From positions 96,001 to 160,000 of IMG/VR virus record IMGVR_UViG_3300008267_000004: DNA of 64,000 nt. One strand, 5' to 3'. Below are positions 14,779 to 22,966 of the stretch, in pieces. The notes under the pieces were generated by a model. The model saw only the letters and a list, made by a program, of their open reading frames with translations. It did not search any database and had not been told where the DNA came from. A program made the translations under genes and the position numbers. Source of the DNA: a virus. The first letter of the stretch is position 1, and the number at the start of each line of letters is the position of its first letter.

Positions 14779-14793
14779 TGAACTCTCCTAAAT

Positions 14794-14870
14794 TGGCGAT
14801 CCCGGCAGGAGTCGAACCTGCAACCTAGTGGGTAGAAGCCACTTGCTCTATCCAATTGAGCTACGGAACC
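14794..14870 (-). tRNA. tRNA-Arg(TCT)
   Basis: AGTGG-CTTCTAC-CCACT, CCA. Confidence 0.92.
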
Positions 14871-14877
14871 ATTAAAT

Positions 14878-14963
14878 TGGTAGGTGTGGACGGACTCGAA
14901 CCGTCAAGCCTGTTAAGGCAACAGATTTTAAGTCTGTCGTGTATACCATTCCACCACACACCC
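14878..14963 (-). tRNA. tRNA-Leu(TAA)
   Basis: ACAGA-CTTAAAA-TCTGT, long variable arm, CCA. Confidence 0.93.
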
Positions 14964-15047
14964 ATATGGGCAAGTTTTTGTCAAGGGAACTTGCAAACCC
15001 GTCAGAGTATTTCTGTTGGAAACCAACAATGGCATCTCTTTGCCTTA

Positions 15048-15138
15048 TGGTGCGCCGTGAGGGAATCGAACCCACACTAAGGCCGATAATCTGTCGGAAG
15101 GAGTTTATAAGTCTCCCCTGCATCCAATGCGACGGCGC
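15048..15138 (-). tRNA. atypical tRNA with TAT anticodon (nominally Ile, AUA)
   Basis: GCGCCGT/ACGGCGC acceptor, minimal D arm GCAT-TGG-ATGC, loop CTTATAA, long variable arm, A73-CCA. Confidence 0.7.
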
Positions 15139-15221
15139 ATAACTTACATTAATTACTATATCATACTTAATTCAGTTGTTAAAGAGCAAAGTTTTTTTCT
15201 TTCTCACTTAATTACCTGCCC

Positions 15222-15250
15222 ATTATAGCACAAGCAAAAGTGCCGGTCAA
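15222..15250 (-). promoter_or_regulatory. sigma70-like promoter, proximal to the tRNA operon
   Basis: TTGACC-17-TATAAT with TG; TACTCTAT box at 15270-15277. Confidence 0.85.
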
Positions 15251-15314
15251 GAAGAAAAAAACAGCAGCGATAGAGTAAAAATTTCATTCATAACGCTGCA
15301 CAACCGCCCGGTAG

Positions 15315-15344
15315 ATTATACCACAAGTCGGCGGGCGGAGTCAA
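15315..15344 (-). promoter_or_regulatory. sigma70-like promoter
   Basis: TTGACT-18-TATAAT with TG. Confidence 0.75.
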
Positions 15345-15536
15345 GCACTTTTTTTCAGTGCCATGTCGTTTTTTTTCGGATTAGCGCCAACTCTGTATGA
15401 GAAAGTTTGTTTGGGTCGGTTCGTATTTAAACGACGGATCGACAACCCTGCATTGATTTCGCTTATAACTTAATGTTGATAAAAGCGTTTTCATAACAAA
15501 CCTCTGATACTGTTTCTCTCTCAAACTTACCCGCAC

Positions 15537-15565
15537 ATTGTACCACGGGCAGCGGAGGGAGTCAA
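15537..15565 (-). promoter_or_regulatory. sigma70-like promoter
   Basis: TTGACT-17-TACAAT with TG. Confidence 0.75.
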
Positions 15566-15672
15566 GCACTTTATTTAGGCACCATGTCGTTTTTTAATCG
15601 GTTACGCATGGCATTGTATAAACTATATAGTAGCTAGTTCTAGAAAAGACTATATCACAGTTTATTTTTTTG

Positions 15673-15930
15673 TTAAATATTTTTTAATGGCTCTCTTGAG
15701 CCAACATTTGGAGGTGGACCTGGATCTTCCCCGTAATACCTTATTCTAAATTCTCTCATAAAATCCCAATATGTGTCTAGAATTTTATTACAGTTCTCAC
15801 AGCGAAAATCTAAAGCATTGCTATTATCGCCACGCATTACCCAAACAGGTTTATGTTCAACACCCTCTTTTCCTTTGCACCATTTACGTCTATTTTTTTT
15901 TGAGCGATGCTTAGGAATCTCGTTTTCCAT
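15673..15930 (-). CDS. hypothetical basic Zn-ribbon protein
   Basis: KKNRRKWCKGKEGVEH and CENC motifs. Confidence 0.65.
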   Translation of the reverse strand: MENEIPKHRSKKNRRKWCKGKEGVEHKPVWVMRGDNSNALDFRCENCNKILDTYWDFMREFRIRYYGEDPGPPPNVGSREPLKNI

Positions 15931-16183
15931 CTGTCACCTTTTTATCATTATAGCATTTACGGGTATATTTTGTAACCTTCATAAACTGTGTATAAAACTG
16001 TGTTGCATAAAGCTGCAACATTGGTGAATCTGGTGTCATGGGTTCAACCTCAATATAGTTACCACAGACTCTAACAATTCCCACTAAACTTGTATAAGGT
16101 GGGTTTGTAGAAATCCACAAATCACCAGCAACTGCCTCTAATTTATGTTTATAAACAACTCCACCAGATGTTAAGGTTATCAC
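15911..16183 (-). CDS. hypothetical protein
   Basis: Coupled minus-strand ORF. Confidence 0.55.
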   Translation of the reverse strand: MITLTSGGVVYKHKLEAVAGDLWISTNPPYTSLVGIVRVCGNYIEVEPMTPDSPMLQLYATQFYTQFMKVTKYTRKCYNDKKVTDGKRDS

Positions 16184-16473
16184 GACTTCAACTCATCAAA
16201 CGTATGCTGGCTCATATCAGTTACGTTATCGTGATCGACCGTACAGTTAGGATCATCGCAAACACGAACATCACTTAGAAAATCCCAAGCAACGCTACCA
16301 TCTTCATCAAACTGTAGAAGTGCAAACTTGCAACCACCATTTAGTGCATCGTTGAAATCTTCCATAATCTCAGGAAGATCTGGATTAGTGGTGAAATACT
16401 TGTCGAGCATAGCCTTTAGTTCACCCATCGGAATAACACGGTTCTGCATTTTATACCTTCTCTTCCCAGTCAA
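16180..16473 (-). CDS. hypothetical protein
   Basis: Coupled ORF with biased codon usage; CDDPNC motif; start probably at MQNR. Confidence 0.65.
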   Translation of the reverse strand: MTGKRRYKMQNRVIPMGELKAMLDKYFTTNPDLPEIMEDFNDALNGGCKFALLQFDEDGSVAWDFLSDVRVCDDPNCTVDHDNVTDMSQHTFDELKS

Positions 16474-16645
16474 GAGTGTCTAGAACAAAATATGATTGAA
16501 CATGGGTTAGTATTTCTTTTCTATCCCAGATTTCTTGTCTACGTTTTTGCGCTTCTGATTCATTCCTAAAGACACCCATAATTTCAACCATATGGTCCCT
16601 CATATCTGGATTATGTCTTGTAACGATATACACTGATTCCTGCAT
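16451..16645 (-). CDS. hypothetical phage protein
   Basis: VYIV...IMGVF..E.EA pattern common in small phage proteins. Confidence 0.65.
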   Translation of the reverse strand: MQESVYIVTRHNPDMRDHMVEIMGVFRNESEAQKRRQEIWDRKEILTHVQSYFVLDTLDWEEKV

Positions 16646-16887
16646 TAAATCTCCACAACCAACTTAGCTTTTAATTCCCTAACCAACAGGTCTTTTTCTT
16701 TTTCCTCAACAAAAGTTTTTTCTGGATATTCCCCAAGAATCACGTACTCATATAGATTGTTCTGATGATCATATCCAAGATACATACAAACATCATTAAA
16801 CCCATCAGGAATGGTAAATACATCACCAAGCGATAGGGTATATAATTGTTTTGTAGGAACTTTGCTATCTACATATTCAATGTCCAT
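16645..16887 (-). CDS. hypothetical phage protein
   Basis: LSLGDVF motif; resembles 54652..54879. Confidence 0.65.
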   Translation of the reverse strand: MDIEYVDSKVPTKQLYTLSLGDVFTIPDGFNDVCMYLGYDHQNNLYEYVILGEYPEKTFVEEKEKDLLVRELKAKLVVEI

Positions 16888-16895
16888 TTCACCCT

Positions 16896-17153
16896 CTAAA
16901 CAACATCAGCAAGTGTTGCACCACGCTTCATCCAGTTTTGCTGGTGAAAACGCCAATCTTCTTCGTGTAGTGAATCGTTTGCAATCTTGATAGAATCCTC
17001 CATGCTATTACTTGCCCTAGCATTTTCGTAAGCATACATCCAGATTCTAAGAGCAACCATTCCAAATTCAGCAGCTTCCTTTTGCGCCTGCACTAGCTTA
17101 TCGTTTTCCATTTTACCCTCTGAGAGAAACCATATACACAATAAATGACACAA
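16896..17153 (-). CDS. hypothetical protein
   Basis: Start probably at MENDK with GAGG RBS. Confidence 0.6.
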   Translation of the reverse strand: MCHLLCIWFLSEGKMENDKLVQAQKEAAEFGMVALRIWMYAYENARASNSMEDSIKIANDSLHEEDWRFHQQNWMKRGATLADVV

Positions 17154-17200
17154 GATATATAAGAGACAAAATTATTAAAGTTGTATCTAACTTTTCTCTG

Positions 17201-17413
17201 CTAATCATCATCGACCGTATCATCGCCAAAAAATTCTGTTTGTGGAAATTTTGCTGGGTCCGATACGCCCACACATTTCTGACTCTCACAGTAAGCATCG
17301 CCTCTTGTTGCTTCTCGCGCTAAGTCCTCAATACTCCACTCGTTTGTGGGATACTCAGTCCAGATTGTAATTGTTGTTTTGTACAGTTTTTGTGGTTTTC
17401 CAGTTGTTGACAT
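17201..17413 (-). CDS. hypothetical protein
   Basis: GGAG RBS upstream of MSTTG. Confidence 0.6.
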   Translation of the reverse strand: MSTTGKPQKLYKTTITIWTEYPTNEWSIEDLAREATRGDAYCESQKCVGVSDPAKFPQTEFFGDDTVDDD

Positions 17414-17549
17414 ATTGACTCCTTACAGGTAGCGGAAAAAGTCGTAGATACGTTGTATAATATCTACGACAATTTCCACAAATACTGATATGGCTGCAAA
17501 AACAAAAAGAATGCAGATAAAACCAAATGCAATTGCTGCCCAAATCATA

Positions 17550-18434
17550 TTATTTACTATCTGCGGCGGCTGGTAACTCGTCAACGTCAACAAGTTTCAG
17601 GCATCGCTCCATTACAGCAGATTCTTGACCGTGCATAAACCACATGACCCTAATTTCACGCGATCCCACACCATAAGTGTGATTTGCACCAATTTTTTTC
17701 ATTACAGTGCCAATTCGATCCATCTTCTTTAGATCGGGATTGTAATTATGATATAGTGGATCTTTCCCACGCTTATCATAAAATTCACGCTTCAGCCTTA
17801 CAACATCTCCAGCAGAAAACTTCAACGGTCTTGAATTTTCTACCATCGACTTAAATTTTCTACCATTACAGGCTTGTGCAAAAGAATACAAAGTAAGTTC
17901 TTCTGCTAGTTCTTCACCTTGACTGCCATATTCATATGTACTCTTGCGGTTACGAATCCTGGCATTGACTTCAACACGATATGCATTATATACTTCGGCA
18001 ACACCGGGACGAGTTTTGATCCATTCATTAAAAGCATTTACAGCATCTTGAAATGTAGCAGTACGCATCGCAATTTTTTTAGCGACCATGTTTGTAACTG
18101 TCTGAAATTCATAAGTTAGCCTAGTTCCATCTTCTGGCCTATATTGCTCAGATGGCTTTCCATCTGCTACAAATTTCAACATTTCTTGAAATTGCGTCTT
18201 AACAATTTCTTGTTGAAATCCTACTTCTTCTGGATAATCTGAATCAACCATCATTGACCAGAATTCTTTCTCTTTTCCAGACTCTATATAATCTCTGTGA
18301 ATTTGACTCAGCAAGCCTTGATGTCTATAATAAGAGCTGTTGTGATAAAAAATACATTCATCAGCATTATACTTCCTTTTAGTACCATGCTTATACTTAA
18401 AATCCAACTTATACTGTGAACTTGTGTAACCCAC
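17550..18434 (-). CDS. hypothetical protein with C-terminal SH3/KOW-like domain
   Basis: 294 aa; C-terminal FSAGDVV...IGTV...IRVMW...LK. Confidence 0.8.
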   Translation of the reverse strand: MGYTSSQYKLDFKYKHGTKRKYNADECIFYHNSSYYRHQGLLSQIHRDYIESGKEKEFWSMMVDSDYPEEVGFQQEIVKTQFQEMLKFVADGKPSEQYRPEDGTRLTYEFQTVTNMVAKKIAMRTATFQDAVNAFNEWIKTRPGVAEVYNAYRVEVNARIRNRKSTYEYGSQGEELAEELTLYSFAQACNGRKFKSMVENSRPLKFSAGDVVRLKREFYDKRGKDPLYHNYNPDLKKMDRIGTVMKKIGANHTYGVGSREIRVMWFMHGQESAVMERCLKLVDVDELPAAADSK

Positions 18435-18572
18435 TATTCCTCCCTATTGTTTTTCCAATTACGGCAAGCCTTGCGATTATTTTCTTTCCTCTTATCAACA
18501 TGAATTGCTGCCTTAGTCGCTCCAGCGATAATAAGCAGCATATTGTAATCTCTAGTTTTAATATCGTTAGGA

Positions 18573-18755
18573 TCAATGTACAACGTGTTCTCTTCCCTGC
18601 AACGCATTTCTTAGCGCCTCCTCATACAACATTTTATCAAATTCTTCTTTAGTCCAGCCATGTTCTGCATCTTCGCTAAATAGTTTTTCAAGTGCCTTAT
18701 TTACGGCAATTTCGTAATAAAAAACCATTTGCTCATAAGGAATTTTAGTTGACAT
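18573..18755 (-). CDS. hypothetical protein
   Basis: Coupled minus-strand ORF. Confidence 0.55.
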   Translation of the reverse strand: MSTKIPYEQMVFYYEIAVNKALEKLFSEDAEHGWTKEEFDKMLYEEALRNALQGREHVVH

Positions 18756-18757
18756 TA

Positions 18758-19432
18758 TTAATCCTTCATCCGATACTTCTTGAGCATCTTCTCTTCAACG
18801 GTGTTTTCCTCGCCAGAATTCATCCAAAGGACTCGGTACTGACGACCACCAATGTTTGCAGAGCGACGATTAACCTCGTCAAGAACCTTGACGACTGTAC
18901 CAACTTCGGGTTCATCACCACGACGACGCATTTGAACAACATCACCCGGCTCAAAAGCATTATTTGTCATGTTATGAATTAGACGCTTTGCATACTTGTT
19001 CTCACACATAGCGCGGAACTGCTTTTCAGTCGGGATGAACGACTTATCCTTGAGAGCCTTAGCTGCCAAATCTTGGAAGTAAGGAGTCTGGGAATAATAC
19101 TTAGCGCAAATCTCAAGCTGCTTCGCCTTCCAAGCATCCCAAGTGTTTGCCCATGCAGCACGATCTGCCTGCGCTTGAGCAACTACAGCAGGATCATACC
19201 GATTCTCGACAACCTCAAAATACTTATACTGATTGGCGCTCATGTTGTTAAACCGCTTCCAAGTGCTATCAAGGCTCGTAATAAATTCACGATCCTTCTG
19301 CGTCAGGGACGCATTTGCAAGCAGCTTGGTAAGACGTTCGCCAACAACAGGATCAGTAACGCGATCCGTTGCAGGGGCAGAGTTAAAACTACGATTGCGA
19401 GCGCGGTCAGCAAGATAACCCATTTTATTCAT
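18758..19432 (-). CDS. hypothetical protein with C-terminal SH3/KOW-like domain
   Basis: 224 aa; FEPGDVV...VGTV...YRVLW...LK; strongly biased codons. Confidence 0.82.
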   Translation of the reverse strand: MNKMGYLADRARNRSFNSAPATDRVTDPVVGERLTKLLANASLTQKDREFITSLDSTWKRFNNMSANQYKYFEVVENRYDPAVVAQAQADRAAWANTWDAWKAKQLEICAKYYSQTPYFQDLAAKALKDKSFIPTEKQFRAMCENKYAKRLIHNMTNNAFEPGDVVQMRRRGDEPEVGTVVKVLDEVNRRSANIGGRQYRVLWMNSGEENTVEEKMLKKYRMKD

Positions 19433-19649
19433 TCTCCGTGAAAAAGTTTTCCGTGATTAGTTCCAGATGATCCAAACTATGAAATCCGTATCTACCCATA
19501 GATTGCCACATTACCTGCACAATCTGTTTTCCGTTCTCGTTGTGAATATTCATTACAACACCCGGTCCAAGAAACAATGGATGGGTAACAATTGAGCCGA
19601 CATTAATTTTCATAGCATCTCCCTCAACCTTACCCACCCATTGTATCAA
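19425..19649 (-). CDS. small SH3/KOW-like protein
   Basis: INVGSIV.HP...GVV...VQVMW; start probably at MKINV (19614). Confidence 0.72.
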   Translation of the reverse strand: MIQWVGKVEGDAMKINVGSIVTHPLFLGPGVVMNIHNENGKQIVQVMWQSMGRYGFHSLDHLELITENFFTENE

Positions 19650-19668
19650 AGACCGCGTGTAAAGTCAA
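19640..19668 (-). promoter_or_regulatory. sigma70-like promoter
   Basis: TTGACT-17-TACAAT with TG; TACTCTAT box at 19689-19696. Confidence 0.8.
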
Positions 19669-19712
19669 CCCACAAAGAAACACTAGGGATAGAGTATATC
19701 ATCTGCCCTAAA

Positions 19713-19910
19713 TTACTGTTCCTTAACAGTAATAAACTTTGTGGTTGAATCAGGGCGTTTGCTGTTCATGCATTCACACTCAAATGCTGCCAGTTGCTCA
19801 CTTTCATAGCGCAATAGTTCGCCTTTGTTGTTTCTGATTAAATGCCCACCAAGTGGATAGATTGCCTTAATGTTCCAATACTGTTTCACGTTACACCCCT
19901 TTTCGCTCAA
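19713..19910 (-). CDS. hypothetical protein
   Basis: Coupled minus-strand ORF. Confidence 0.5.
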   Translation of the reverse strand: MSEKGCNVKQYWNIKAIYPLGGHLIRNNKGELLRYESEQLAAFECECMNSKRPDSTTKFITVKEQ

Positions 19911-20208
19911 TCACGTTTGCTACTGAAATGCGTTTTGCAACTTCAACACTAAAATAATTTTTGTCTTCGTCTTCCCTAAATACAGTTACAATTGTATCAC
20001 CACAAACTCGAGATTGTAAATTTCCTTCCTCTACAATCATCTCGCGTACCATTTCCTCAACCCACTTATTTACCTCGGTTTGAGGAATATGAACGGCGGC
20101 TGGCGATACTGAATTCCACTCTACAGAGAAAAGCATTTGATCACCAGACATTTTTTGATTTGTACCGTAATGTTTAAATACCATATCAGTTCTGCTAATT
20201 TCAGTCAT
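19891..20208 (-). CDS. hypothetical protein
   Basis: 105 aa coupled ORF. Confidence 0.65.
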   Translation of the reverse strand: MTEISRTDMVFKHYGTNQKMSGDQMLFSVEWNSVSPAAVHIPQTEVNKWVEEMVREMIVEEGNLQSRVCGDTIVTVFREDEDKNYFSVEVAKRISVANVIERKGV

Positions 20209-20355
20209 TAATAATCCTCGTCATAGGAATCACTATCATCTTCTGGAGCGCAACTTACGCAATATGGAGCATCATGCGTATCATCTACTGGCACCATCAC
20301 AACTTCTGATTCATCAATATATCGTTTGCAGGAAGTACATTTTACGACGCCCATA

Positions 20356-20607
20356 TTAAGCCTTCGCCTCCCACTTGCGGATCATTTCTTCATGACCTTC
20401 ATATGCTTCAGTTTCATCGTTATAACGATCAACGTCCACTTCTGCAAAATCAATGTCACCTGTCTCAGAATTACGATTAAAGACCATAGTCTCCCAACCC
20501 TGATCCCAGGTTAGATTTGTTGAAATAAAGTACCTACCATTCTTAGTATAGTGCTTCTTCTGCTTATCATATGATTGCATCTTGCCCATCAAATCCAAAT
20601 CAAACAT
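20356..20607 (-). CDS. hypothetical phage protein (ETMVF family)
   Basis: WETMVF...Y....EA..GH motif shared with 21259..21558; RBS AGGAG. Confidence 0.7.
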   Translation of the reverse strand: MFDLDLMGKMQSYDKQKKHYTKNGRYFISTNLTWDQGWETMVFNRNSETGDIDFAEVDVDRYNDETEAYEGHEEMIRKWEAKA

Positions 20608-20615
20608 TTTATCTC

Positions 20616-21266
20616 CTAGGAAAAGTAATTAATCTGTGTAAGTGTCAGCTTCTTTTGACCATGATAAACAAGGCCAATATTAATCTCGCCAGTAATTGCT
20701 GGAAGATCGTTTACATTACCATCAATGTAACCGGCTTTCTCTCTTGCCTCATGGCTTGAAAAGATACGAGAATGACTCTTAGACCTATCAAGGATTCTAT
20801 CATAGATTCCACCTAAAGATTGAATAATCTGAAAATTAGATGGCTTATTTGTCCACAGATCAAGATCAAGTGCTTTTGTGTAGGCGTAAAATAACCTATC
20901 AGGCATCTTGGTTGCAATTTCATACCACTTGTCAAGATACTCTTGATTATAGAAGTCACCAGAATCATGTACGCGAACAGTGTTATAACTACGCTTTGAT
21001 CTTAGCGCCTCGACCATATCATTTACAAAATAATTTGAAATGGTAGCATCAAGATTCTTTTCCCTTGCAGCTTTTACATTAGGCATCAAATAACGACCCT
21101 GCCGCGCATAACAAGGTTTAATGCAAGCATTAGCGCCTCGACAGGTATTATACGACTCTCCGTTTACAGAAAAGTCCATATATGCTGGAATTCCGAAACC
21201 GATAATTTTATATTCGGTTCCGTTTGGCTTACTAAGCTTTGCGTTTCCTTGCGAAAGACTAATCAT
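20616..21266 (-). CDS. Gp88-like phage protein (radical-SAM-like Cys cluster)
   Basis: CRGANACIKPCYA and VRVHDSGDFY, AYTK motifs. Confidence 0.8.
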   Translation of the reverse strand: MISLSQGNAKLSKPNGTEYKIIGFGIPAYMDFSVNGESYNTCRGANACIKPCYARQGRYLMPNVKAAREKNLDATISNYFVNDMVEALRSKRSYNTVRVHDSGDFYNQEYLDKWYEIATKMPDRLFYAYTKALDLDLWTNKPSNFQIIQSLGGIYDRILDRSKSHSRIFSSHEAREKAGYIDGNVNDLPAITGEINIGLVYHGQKKLTLTQINYFS

Positions 21267-21558
21267 TGTTTCCTCTGAAACTTTCCCATGTTTGTAAGTG
21301 ACACAAATACGCTTTATCTTCTGAGTATGTATACTTTGTTTTTACACATCTGTCAATATCTGGCGATCCATCATTTTTGCATGGAAAGACCATTGTTTCA
21401 TACTTTCTCTCATTAAATTTTATTCTATTATATTCCATATGAGCAGACCTGTGTTCAACAGTGATTACTATAAATCCAGTTTCAGTTTTATTTTCCATAT
21501 AAAACTTGGTATAATACTCATTGTTGTGCATTGGGTCTCCATAAATAGGAAAGGGCAA
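21259..21558 (-). CDS. hypothetical phage protein (ETMVF family)
   Basis: YETMVF...Y..E..A...H motif. Confidence 0.6.
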   Translation of the reverse strand: MPFPIYGDPMHNNEYYTKFYMENKTETGFIVITVEHRSAHMEYNRIKFNERKYETMVFPCKNDGSPDIDRCVKTKYTYSEDKAYLCHLQTWESFRGNND

Positions 21559-21589
21559 CCAAAATTAATTGGTTGCCCCCGATTCCTAA

Positions 21590-21943
21590 TTAAAATGGAA
21601 TAGGCTCGATTTCCATACCATCTTGCTCAATGGTATCTTCATCACTTGCCCGAACGTCAGTATCGTCTGACTCATCATTCTCAGAATCTTCGGTCTCTAC
21701 TGATTTTGCCTCAATAGTTGCAGACTCGGGAAAACAAAGTCCGCCCGTTCGACCGCGCTTTCCGACAATAGCTCCTGCCTTCTTTAGATCTGCAACTAGC
21801 TTTAGAATCAGCTTCTTATGTTGCTTGCCAAACTTCTCGTCAATTAGATAATTAACGGGACAGTTAGTTCGACCCTCGTCATTAGACGCGATATACAGGG
21901 TGATAGCAGAGATAATGTCAGACTTGGTAACGGTAGTAGCCAT
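21590..21943 (-). CDS. possible winged-helix protein with acidic tail ending in PF
   Basis: Basic helix then GAIVGKRGRTGG wing-like segment; D/E-rich tail ending EPIPF. Confidence 0.6.
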   Translation of the reverse strand: MATTVTKSDIISAITLYIASNDEGRTNCPVNYLIDEKFGKQHKKLILKLVADLKKAGAIVGKRGRTGGLCFPESATIEAKSVETEDSENDESDDTDVRASDEDTIEQDGMEIEPIPF

Positions 21944-21999
21944 TTGTGTAGTTTCCTTTTTTCTTAGTGGTTTGGGTATTACTGGTTAGGGGTTAAAAT

Positions 22000-22266
22000 T
22001 TAGTACGGGTTCTCGCAAAGAATCTCAGTATTATCTACTTGCTCTGTCTTACCGCAACTGCCACACTCCCAATTTTCAAAAATTGTGAGATCATAGAGAT
22101 CATCGTTCCACTCATGAACTTCCTCACGATTAACGAGATACATATTATCGCGGCAATTACACTCCATTTCAGACCTCCTCGTAGATGCTTGTATCAACAC
22201 ACTTGTCAATGTCTCTTGCGCCACGACGCAGATAATCTTTTCCGCCGTCAACGAATAGATTTTCAC
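22000..22266 (-). CDS. small Cys-rich hypothetical protein
   Basis: CNC...CGSCG; real start probably at MECNC. Confidence 0.5.
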   Translation of the reverse strand: MKIYSLTAEKIICVVAQETLTSVLIQASTRRSEMECNCRDNMYLVNREEVHEWNDDLYDLTIFENWECGSCGKTEQVDNTEILCENPY

Positions 22267-22366
22267 ACTTGCACATCACAAAATCGTGACGATGCTTGCT
22301 CTCAATCTCTTCTCCACAAAGCATACACTTTGCACTATTACGCTTGATCTTCTGCTCATTAGACAT
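22169..22366 (-). CDS. conserved phage Zn-ribbon protein
   Basis: N.AKC..CG..IES.HRHDF..C.C....VDGG..YLRR signature. Confidence 0.8.
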   Translation of the reverse strand: MSNEQKIKRNSAKCMLCGEEIESKHRHDFVMCKCENLFVDGGKDYLRRGARDIDKCVDTSIYEEV

Positions 22367-22595
22367 TTGTGTTCTTTTCCTTTCCGTCTGAATGGTAAAC
22401 GCTCATAAGGTATCTAACGATCCTTGGACGAATTTCTTTATGAACACGAATTGCATTATTTACATTTGCAATACCAACCTTTCTCCAGCACTCGTACATA
22501 TCTTTATCATTGAGAGTGTTAATATGATCAATTACCATCTTATATGTTTCATCTGTAAAATCAGCAACAAGTACGCTATTATCCATTTTGATCAC
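22359..22595 (-). CDS. hypothetical protein
   Basis: First gene after promoter 22618-22646. Confidence 0.65.
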   Translation of the reverse strand: MIKMDNSVLVADFTDETYKMVIDHINTLNDKDMYECWRKVGIANVNNAIRVHKEIRPRIVRYLMSVYHSDGKEKNTNV

Positions 22596-22617
22596 CTTTT
22601 CTCAAAAGTACCCCGTC

Positions 22618-22646
22618 AGTATACCACGGACAGCTTGTGAAGTCAA
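22618..22646 (-). promoter_or_regulatory. sigma70-like promoter
   Basis: TTGACT-17-TATACT with TG. Confidence 0.8.
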
Positions 22647-22679
22647 CCCACAAAAATACTACAGCGTGATAGTAAAACA

Positions 22680-22961
22680 TCAGTACGACAAAACAACAAT
22701 CTTACCAGATTCAATTTCACCATCGAGGTGAGATAATCTTGAAAACTTCAGTTCACTCATTGGTAAATCTGTTTCTGTTTTGATACACCTAAGATGTACC
22801 ATCTTTGTACCATTTGAAAGAGTCAAAGGATAACAAATCTCAAATACAGCGGAGTTTTGCCAAACACCAGTTATCAGGCTACCAATTCGCCACTTCTTCA
22901 TATTGCTCCAAAAACATTTGCGGCGGCTGGTAGCCACAAAAAGACTACCAACCGCACGCAA
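22680..22961 (-). CDS. small SH3/KOW-like protein
   Basis: WRIGSLI motif; start probably at MKKWR. Confidence 0.5.
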   Translation of the reverse strand: MRAVGSLFVATSRRKCFWSNMKKWRIGSLITGVWQNSAVFEICYPLTLSNGTKMVHLRCIKTETDLPMSELKFSRLSHLDGEIESGKIVVLSY

Positions 22962-22966
22962 ATATT

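Noticed and set aside
10555-15142. ORFs overlapping tRNA genes (10555..10746, 10683..10892, 11269..11637, 11716..11913, 13267..13476, 14856..15142)
   Set aside because: They are translations of tRNA or ncRNA sequence and are better explained by the RNA genes.
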